From a virus, in the IMG/VR virus record IMGVR_UViG_3300009164_000056, positions 1-64,000 of that record: a DNA stretch of 64,000 bases, one strand, 5' to 3'. A program made the translations under genes and the position numbers. Under the pieces are notes generated by a model. That model saw only the letters and a list, made by a program, of their open reading frames with translations. It had not been told where the DNA came from and did not search any database. Positions 58,201 to 64,000 of this stretch are shown here, in pieces. Numbering within the stretch: position 1 is the first letter of the stretch; every line of letters begins with the position of its first letter.

Positions 58201-61200
58201 TGGTGTAATTGAAAGAAATGAATTAGCTAATCAAATTGCTAAATTAGGATTTATTCCTAATAATACAGAAATGAAAATGTTTTTAGAAACTGGAGACAGT
58301 AGATACTTAAAAACATTTTACAATCAAAAAGGAGAACAACTATCTGCTTATGATAAACAAGATCTAGAAGATATACAAGCATTGTTAAATGACTATGAAG
58401 AAACTAGACCTGATAAAAAAGTAGAAGAAGTTAAAGATGAAGAAGAAGTAGCAGAAGAAGCAAGAACTGAAGTAGATGATATATTAGATGGTATAAACAT
58501 TGAAGTTTCAGTTAAAGATTCAGTTGTATTAGATAATACAATGAAAAAAGCTTATGCTAAATATGCAGCTAAACAAACGGCAGCTGGTAAAAAACCAATC
58601 ACTTTAGATAAATGGATCAACAGTGAAGATGGTAAAAATCATAGAGCGGCATTTATTGCTGTTAAGAAAATTTGGATTGATAATGACACATTGATAAATC
58701 CAAATAATCCACTCACTGAAGCAGAAATCCAAAGTGAATCTAAGTTAATACCATGGTTACAAAGTCAAGAAGGTAAAACAAATGACTTAGTACAGAATGT
58801 TGTTAATGCATTAGGGTTAACTATTGATGATGTTACTGGTCAAACAGAGTTGTTACCTGCAGAAGGTGAAGCTGTTGAAGGTAATAAAAATATAACAATA
58901 GTTAAGAAAGGTAATACTGTTTCATTAATTGAATTAAAGACTGTTGACTCACAAGGTAACATAAGTACTTCATATCAATTAGTAGATCAATTTAAACAAC
59001 CATTAGAGGAAGAACTATTAAATAGATTTAATGTTCCTTCATTTGGTATTTTTGTTGAGGGAGATAAAGTTAAAGCATTGTCTATGCAAAAAGCTATTGA
59101 TGATGCAGCACCAGATACTACGTCATTTATTTTTGATGATGTAGAATTAAACTATGGTCAACTTGTTTATGATCAAACAGGTAAAGAATTTATTGTAGTA
59201 AGTCAACCAAAACAAGTTGGTACTGAACGTAAATTATTAGTTGTACCCTCTGATGAAATTAGTCCTTCAATAGAAGAGACTAAGAAAGCTACCTTTAGTG
59301 TTAAGCCGGGTGAGTTTAAAGCATCATTTAATGTGCAAGCTTTAGATCTTAAAGTACTACCACAAAGCGTTAGTAGGTTAAATATTAATGAACCTATTCA
59401 ACCTTATGCATATAGAAATAAAGATGCTGCTACTAATCAATGGTTAGAAACTCCTGAACAAGCAACAGCAAGATATAACTTAGTTATGTCTATGTTGTCT
59501 TCTGAAGAATTAAATGAATTAGAATTAATTGTTACATTAGATCCTGAAGGAGGATTAAATAATGGTAATTTAATTATCCCTGGTTTTAAAGAAGCAAACC
59601 CCTATATCCAAACAATAAGAGCAAACTATTCTGTTGGAATTAGAACTTCTAATCCTAATGTGCAGGCTAAGATTGATGCTGCTATTGAAAAGAACGGTTT
59701 AAATAAAAGCAATTCACCAAATGGTGTTTTTGGTTTTATGCAAAATGCAAATTTTGTAATAACTAATTCTCAAGGTACTGTAATTAATCCTGCTACTATG
59801 ACAGCGGATGAATACAAAAATATAGTATACACACCAGAAGGAATGGATGTAAATCTTGAAGAAGATTTAAAACGTGCTCAAAATAATTTTGCATTAAATA
59901 ATTTATTAAGTTCTATGTTACCTGAGTTAGTAGCAAATAATCCTGATGGAGTTATTGCACTTTCTAAATTACCAAACGGTTTATCATTCATCTCTAAACC
60001 AGGAGTAACAATGTATGATAAGTCTCCAAAACCATTAGGAGATTTACAATATAGTACTGCTGATGAAGAAGGTAATTATTTGATTTATCAATTAGAAAAT
60101 AATAAAGGAGGAGCAAGAACTAAAGTTGCTATATCTAATCTTGAAGGAGAAGAAAGAAGACAACTAATAGATAGAGTTGAAGAAAGCTTAACTAAACAAG
60201 GATTGTTAGATAGCATTACAAGTTTAACTGATGCTTATGTTGCTGCAGTATTATTACCTGATGGATCATATGCTTTAGTAAATCTAAAAGCTAAGTCTAT
60301 TGATTTGAATGCTAAATTTCTTGAATTAATAAATAGATCTGAAACAACTCTATCTGATAATCCTGAAGCTAATGCTGAAAAATTTGATAAAAGATTTAAC
60401 GTTGACTATAACAAAGCATTAAGAAGTGAATTATTTATTAGTGCTAAACCTGGCTATAGACTTTCATTACAAGTAAGTCCTTGGGGTAAGATTGAATTAG
60501 AAATTTCAGATTCTAATAATAAACAAATAGGTATAGTTAGATTAAATAAATCTGAGATTTCAAATAAAGATCTATCAGTTGATGATAAACTTAACTTACT
60601 ATTAGATAAATTTAATGCGTTACCAGCTGTTGTTGCTGCTGATGTAAATCTTACAGCTGCAAACTTTAGAGCTTCATACTCTAGAGAAGCGGGTGTTCAA
60701 GAAATACTTGATAAGACAACAACACAAGTTGCACCACAAGTAGTATCTAATAATGCAATTCAATTATCTGCAGATTCTTCAGCTATTCAAGCTGCTAAAA
60801 ATATTCCTATAGTTCAACGAACTGCTTTTGTTTCAACAGAAGAAATTCCTGTAGGAATTGATGAAATAGTTTTAGATTTAGATACAGCTGGTAAAAGACT
60901 TGATATAGAAAAAAGAAGAAAAGCAGAACTGGATGAATTAAAAAGAAAAAGACAGTTTGATAAAAAGAATACAGATCCTATTAATGCTAGGTATGATGCT
61001 GAGTTAGCTGCTTTAGATAGTAGTAAGGAAGTAGTAATAACTTCAGAAGAAAAAGCAGACGCAGTTAATACAGATAATATTAATCCTGAAGATATTAATG
61101 TAGATGATATTAATGCATTAAGAAATGGTGTTAGATTAAACAAATTAGAAGGTGTTAAGCAACAATTAGAAACTCTTAAAGCAAAACTTACCGAAGGGTT

Positions 61201-64000
61201 AGTTGGAGCAGCTAAAATTAAGGCTGTTAAAGAAAGCAAAGAGTATCAAGATCTTTTAGCTGAAAGAAAAAAATTAGAAAGTGAAGCTAATAAAATAGTT
61301 TCTATTGAAGATGCTGTTGCAGATGCTGAAGACATTAATGTATTTACAGAATGGGCTTCACAAAATCTTCCAAGTTTTATAACAATAGAAGATATTAAAA
61401 CATTAGGTGATAACCTTAAAGCTGGAGGTGTACGTGTTGGTGCATTTGTTTTAGGTCTTAATGATATTGGTGGAGGATTAACTGTTAATGGAACTTTATT
61501 TACTGGAGCTAAATCTCCATTTAAATATCATGAAGCATTTCACGGTGTATTCAGAATGTTATTAACTGATGCAGAAATTAAAAAATATTTAGCAATTGCT
61601 AGAAAAGAAGTAAGAGCAAAACTAAGAGCAGAAGGTAAAAACTTTGAGGCTGAATTAGAAAGATTCAGAAATTCAGCTAATACTTATTCTGATATGAGCC
61701 GTGAAAGATTAGAACAAGAATACTATGAAGAATACTTAGCTGATGAATTTGAAAAATTTAAAGCAAATGCAAAATCAACTCAAACAGATTCTTCTGTTAA
61801 GTCTTTATTCACTAGAATTATGGAGTGGATTAAATCTGTATTCAGCTCCTTTACTAAGAATCAATTACTTACTTTATATGAAAACATTGATGCGGGTAAG
61901 TTTAAAAATGCGGGAGTAAGTCAAAATCAATTTGTTACCAGCATGATGACTGGTATAGCATTAGAAGCTAATGCATTATTACCATATGATACAGAACAGA
62001 ATGCCAACAATAAAGTTGGATACTACTTCTTAGATAGTGCTATTGCTGAACCTTTGGTTTCAAGTATAGCTGCTATGTACATACAAGAAGTTCAAAAAGT
62101 AAGAGACCCAAATGTTAAACGCGGGGACATACTTGAGAATGTTATGAATGATTTTGCTGCTTTATATGATGAAGAAACTGAAGCAAATCAAAAACTTTCT
62201 GATGAACAAAAGAAATTTTTACCTCAGATTAGTGAAGTGTTTTATAATTTTTCTGATGAGTTAAAATCTGAAGTATACAAAGTATTAAACATTATAACTA
62301 AACAAACTCAAGAAGAAGAATATAATAATGAGTATTTTGAAGAAGAGGTTGGTTTAAGAAATGTAGAACAGTACAGTATGGATGCTTCTATGATTGGTGG
62401 TTTTGGTTCTTTATCTGAAGGATTGAGAAGTTACTTAGCTACAACAACTATAGAAGAAACAGATTACTTTGGTAACAAAGAATTAAAGCCAGGAGTAAAA
62501 CTAATTGTTCCTATCAACTTTACATCTGCTTATAATGGATTATTAAAAGCTGTTAAAAATATTGATGATTCTAAGAAGATGTTACAAAACATGTACTTCT
62601 TTGGGTTAGATAATCCTCAGACTGGTGCCGTTGTAACAAGATTATTACAAGACTTTGGTATATCTGTAGAAACATTGTTAGAGGCAGGTCCATTACCTAC
62701 TGAGATTAAAAATGCTGCTTTATTTACATCTGTTGTAAAAGGATTTACAACATTTAGAGTAGATTACTTATTTGTACAAAGAGATAATGCCGGTGCAGTA
62801 TTAATTTATTCTGCAGCACAAAGAGATGATATTAATTCACAATTAGAATCATGGTCTCAAGCTTGGGGTCAAGCTGAAAAGAAAATTAAATCTGATGTAA
62901 AAGTTAAAAATGAAACTGTTAGAACATTAGAAGATTTTGCAAGTTATTTAAAACCTAGTGATACAAAACTTACTGGTCCAAAATTATCTGAGTTATCTTC
63001 TAAGTATTCACAAGATATCTTTAGACTTACAGGTATTAAACTAAGCAAGCAGTTTATTGCATTTAGTATTGCATCATCAAGAAACAATCCTACAGTTGCA
63101 CAGGCAGCATTAGTAAATGCTAATTCTGAGCAAACACCAATAAGCTATAGTGATATTCTTGAAATGAATAAATTAATTCAACAGGGTAATGACATCTTTA
63201 GTGAAGGAGAAACAGGAGCTAGTTCTAGACTTAGAACATTAGCAATTCAAAATGCACCATTTGATGAAACAATTGGAGCATCTGTATTTAAAAATCCTGA
63301 AGGCAACTTAGTATATGCACATCAATTGCCTACATTCCATTTAAAAAGAATACAAGAGTTAAATGATGTTGCAGAATTAGAACGTCTTAAAGGATCTGAT
63401 CCTTACTTGACTAATAACTTCTTATTGAATAGTGATGCCTTTATACAAATGTCTGCAGAAAATAGACAAAGAGTTTTAAGAATTGCTGGAAGTAGTGTTG
63501 GTAAAATTAACAGTACTGAAGAAGAGCTTAATGATAAAATCTCAGGTGTATCTAATAAATCATCTTATGGTAATTATACACCACAAGAATTTGCATTAAG
63601 TATACTTAATACATACACTGCATTATTAAATACTAAAAGTAATAAAGTAGATACAGTTGAATACTTTGATGATGTATTAAATAAAAATGTAAAAGCTGCA
63701 TTAGCTCCAATTCTTATTAGAGTTTTAGAAGCATCTAATACTGGGGATTTAATGTATCTACCTGTAGTTAAAGCTGTTAGGTTTGAAAAAGCAGGTGCTG
63801 GTAAAGTTGTATTAACAGATGAAATAATAAATGCATTTGTAAATAGAATTGAAAGTGAATATGATAGAATTAGACGAGAGTCAAATCCAGAAACTAAAAC
63901 TGAAGAAACTCAACTTGGTTACAATACTGAAGATGGTAGAGCATTTCAATTAATAAATTCAGGTCTATTACTTACTCCAGAATTAAAAGTTTCTTTGGAA
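55262..64000 (+). CDS. giant virion protein (>2913 aa, truncated at the window end) with zincin motif; virion RNA polymerase-region protein
   Basis: ATG at 55262 (MENQVENN). The same frame reads sensibly at every point checked and ends GLLLTPELKVSLE with no stop. YHEAFH at 61526-61543 and EEYLADEF follow. I did not find an RNAP DxDxD motif within the window. Confidence 0.8.
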   Translation, partial: MENQVENNSLDQTILNNQVTENVIPKDNSFQPVMDMFDSEENNALMSRMDLAQLQQLDALKPLIDSTGIRANGNAAARRPTLSSNTFDPVLQQNPPNLNEPGGFERMMEQNVKTGFQQQQKSIKPGTGVAAPAFTGMVQSNFMRYYEHPEFQKLGWKPFADNEAYYNANSTIYDDMSRMWGQFGSLAGTGFMGGYRSIGSMFTGESMVTDLKSANEFEDAMAIGNSSRGGALAWTNNLLLNSAYTVGIIGSIAAEELALAALEVGTFGGATPLVAARTTANAARLARAVGQATTVGRLYSAGRGMMTTLKGLDAAKDFWSVARAGGKMTAGLFAPETLAAVKRLKTTEVVAQNLTNMAKASEYAGSFYRDVRALNLALSESKLEGGMVYNQLIKDGMDIKFAENNGGPVTTEQVADIQNNAHKAAFATTMTNMPVIYLTNKLVLGNSLGGFNKSLGRVFNEQAKGIGSRIIKTAQTVGKDGVKSLSPFKDAGTGLKGLITTIGNAGVKGNLTKLGQGSLRYFAANLGEGVQELSQEAISAGTKNYYTSLLKDPMNGGPELFNASVKAGIGEQFSAQGFDVFMSGFLMGGVVSGPQKLFFQGVPALYQRVANPEKYAEYKQNKEDYIKSVVDTYNAVWNTQAEDPNAMFDPKKYNFLQQKAAATGKTLASIANDQFDFIDETDFAKFQQIHTVLSTGGAALFQDQLVDYMKMSDEDLATAFPSSKKDIKNGKIRERLQSMVNQIDKTEDVYQQSKDRNPNPFMPEAYERGSRQWTEETIKKVAFEHARYLYMFTQDGFTRALERSNSIYQSLTSDPLFDKMAASDLTVLLDQDSIDKEIQMLTEEAIVLSGDKINESKVKQKTERIERLSAFKNVLLENQTKDGSFDKRKMGLLRNEFEKYVKHMANQSGTFVNKENIDAALKQIIDYTALKGRAKVYDKTIEYLNDPQKFDLVFERTAEVLKEQYKNRKSIFEQQVRDYVGVIERNELANQIAKLGFIPNNTEMKMFLETGDSRYLKTFYNQKGEQLSAYDKQDLEDIQALLNDYEETRPDKKVEEVKDEEEVAEEARTEVDDILDGINIEVSVKDSVVLDNTMKKAYAKYAAKQTAAGKKPITLDKWINSEDGKNHRAAFIAVKKIWIDNDTLINPNNPLTEAEIQSESKLIPWLQSQEGKTNDLVQNVVNALGLTIDDVTGQTELLPAEGEAVEGNKNITIVKKGNTVSLIELKTVDSQGNISTSYQLVDQFKQPLEEELLNRFNVPSFGIFVEGDKVKALSMQKAIDDAAPDTTSFIFDDVELNYGQLVYDQTGKEFIVVSQPKQVGTERKLLVVPSDEISPSIEETKKATFSVKPGEFKASFNVQALDLKVLPQSVSRLNINEPIQPYAYRNKDAATNQWLETPEQATARYNLVMSMLSSEELNELELIVTLDPEGGLNNGNLIIPGFKEANPYIQTIRANYSVGIRTSNPNVQAKIDAAIEKNGLNKSNSPNGVFGFMQNANFVITNSQGTVINPATMTADEYKNIVYTPEGMDVNLEEDLKRAQNNFALNNLLSSMLPELVANNPDGVIALSKLPNGLSFISKPGVTMYDKSPKPLGDLQYSTADEEGNYLIYQLENNKGGARTKVAISNLEGEERRQLIDRVEESLTKQGLLDSITSLTDAYVAAVLLPDGSYALVNLKAKSIDLNAKFLELINRSETTLSDNPEANAEKFDKRFNVDYNKALRSELFISAKPGYRLSLQVSPWGKIELEISDSNNKQIGIVRLNKSEISNKDLSVDDKLNLLLDKFNALPAVVAADVNLTAANFRASYSREAGVQEILDKTTTQVAPQVVSNNAIQLSADSSAIQAAKNIPIVQRTAFVSTEEIPVGIDEIVLDLDTAGKRLDIEKRRKAELDELKRKRQFDKKNTDPINARYDAELAALDSSKEVVITSEEKADAVNTDNINPEDINVDDINALRNGVRLNKLEGVKQQLETLKAKLTEGLVGAAKIKAVKESKEYQDLLAERKKLESEANKIVSIEDAVADAEDINVFTEWASQNLPSFITIEDIKTLGDNLKAGGVRVGAFVLGLNDIGGGLTVNGTLFTGAKSPFKYHEAFHGVFRMLLTDAEIKKYLAIARKEVRAKLRAEGKNFEAELERFRNSANTYSDMSRERLEQEYYEEYLADEFEKFKANAKSTQTDSSVKSLFTRIMEWIKSVFSSFTKNQLLTLYENIDAGKFKNAGVSQNQFVTSMMTGIALEANALLPYDTEQNANNKVGYYFLDSAIAEPLVSSIAAMYIQEVQKVRDPNVKRGDILENVMNDFAALYDEETEANQKLSDEQKKFLPQISEVFYNFSDELKSEVYKVLNIITKQTQEEEYNNEYFEEEVGLRNVEQYSMDASMIGGFGSLSEGLRSYLATTTIEETDYFGNKELKPGVKLIVPINFTSAYNGLLKAVKNIDDSKKMLQNMYFFGLDNPQTGAVVTRLLQDFGISVETLLEAGPLPTEIKNAALFTSVVKGFTTFRVDYLFVQRDNAGAVLIYSAAQRDDINSQLESWSQAWGQAEKKIKSDVKVKNETVRTLEDFASYLKPSDTKLTGPKLSELSSKYSQDIFRLTGIKLSKQFIAFSIASSRNNPTVAQAALVNANSEQTPISYSDILEMNKLIQQGNDIFSEGETGASSRLRTLAIQNAPFDETIGASVFKNPEGNLVYAHQLPTFHLKRIQELNDVAELERLKGSDPYLTNNFLLNSDAFIQMSAENRQRVLRIAGSSVGKINSTEEELNDKISGVSNKSSYGNYTPQEFALSILNTYTALLNTKSNKVDTVEYFDDVLNKNVKAALAPILIRVLEASNTGDLMYLPVVKAVRFEKAGAGKVVLTDEIINAFVNRIESEYDRIRRESNPETKTEETQLGYNTEDGRAFQLINSGLLLTPELKVSLE

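Noticed and set aside
3962-61239. Many short antisense or alternate-frame ORFs inside long genes (for example 7862, 12876, 16455, 25216, 28186, 55843, 60814)
   Set aside because: Shadow ORFs produced by codon bias; no leaders or motifs.
3145-64000. Active stop-codon reassignment
   Set aside because: The standard code already gives dense, full-length genes.

Overview
This window is part of a lytic crAss-like (Crassvirales-related) phage genome, probably infecting an environmental Bacteroidetes/Flavobacteria host. It is AT-rich, has no Shine-Dalgarno signals, and carries TAnnTTTG promoter elements. Positions 1-2912 are a minus-strand block of small putative early genes: a ParB-like protein, an unannotated 38-aa lipoprotein, and two tandem 109-aa paralogs that each have a shared upstream box and their own terminator. 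After a strand switch near 3.0 kb everything is on the plus strand: fibre-like proteins, small Lys-rich proteins, an amidase endolysin, an HU-like protein, a PD-(D/E)xK nuclease, GroES, terminase, portal, a scaffold-like protein and the major capsid protein. These are followed by the conserved crAss-like head/neck genes, tail fibres, vWA/FN3 Cys-rich appendage proteins, a phosphoesterase, tail ring and muzzle genes, putative ejected cargo proteins, and a >2900-aa ORF missing from the track that has a zincin motif and runs off the window end (virion RNA polymerase-region protein). The strongest leads are: (i) a GC-rich control locus with a template-strand C-GGA-G triloop hairpin and a 16-bp repeated box upstream of the duplicated first genes, a candidate virion-RNAP promoter; (ii) a recurring x-x-x-G-G linker that splits cargo proteins into modules; (iii) integrin/ECM-like vWA, Cys-rich and FN3 modules in the tail; (iv) a hairpin whose loop is complementary to AAACCAA leader motifs. 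Family assignments come from motif recognition and gene order only; no database searches were run.
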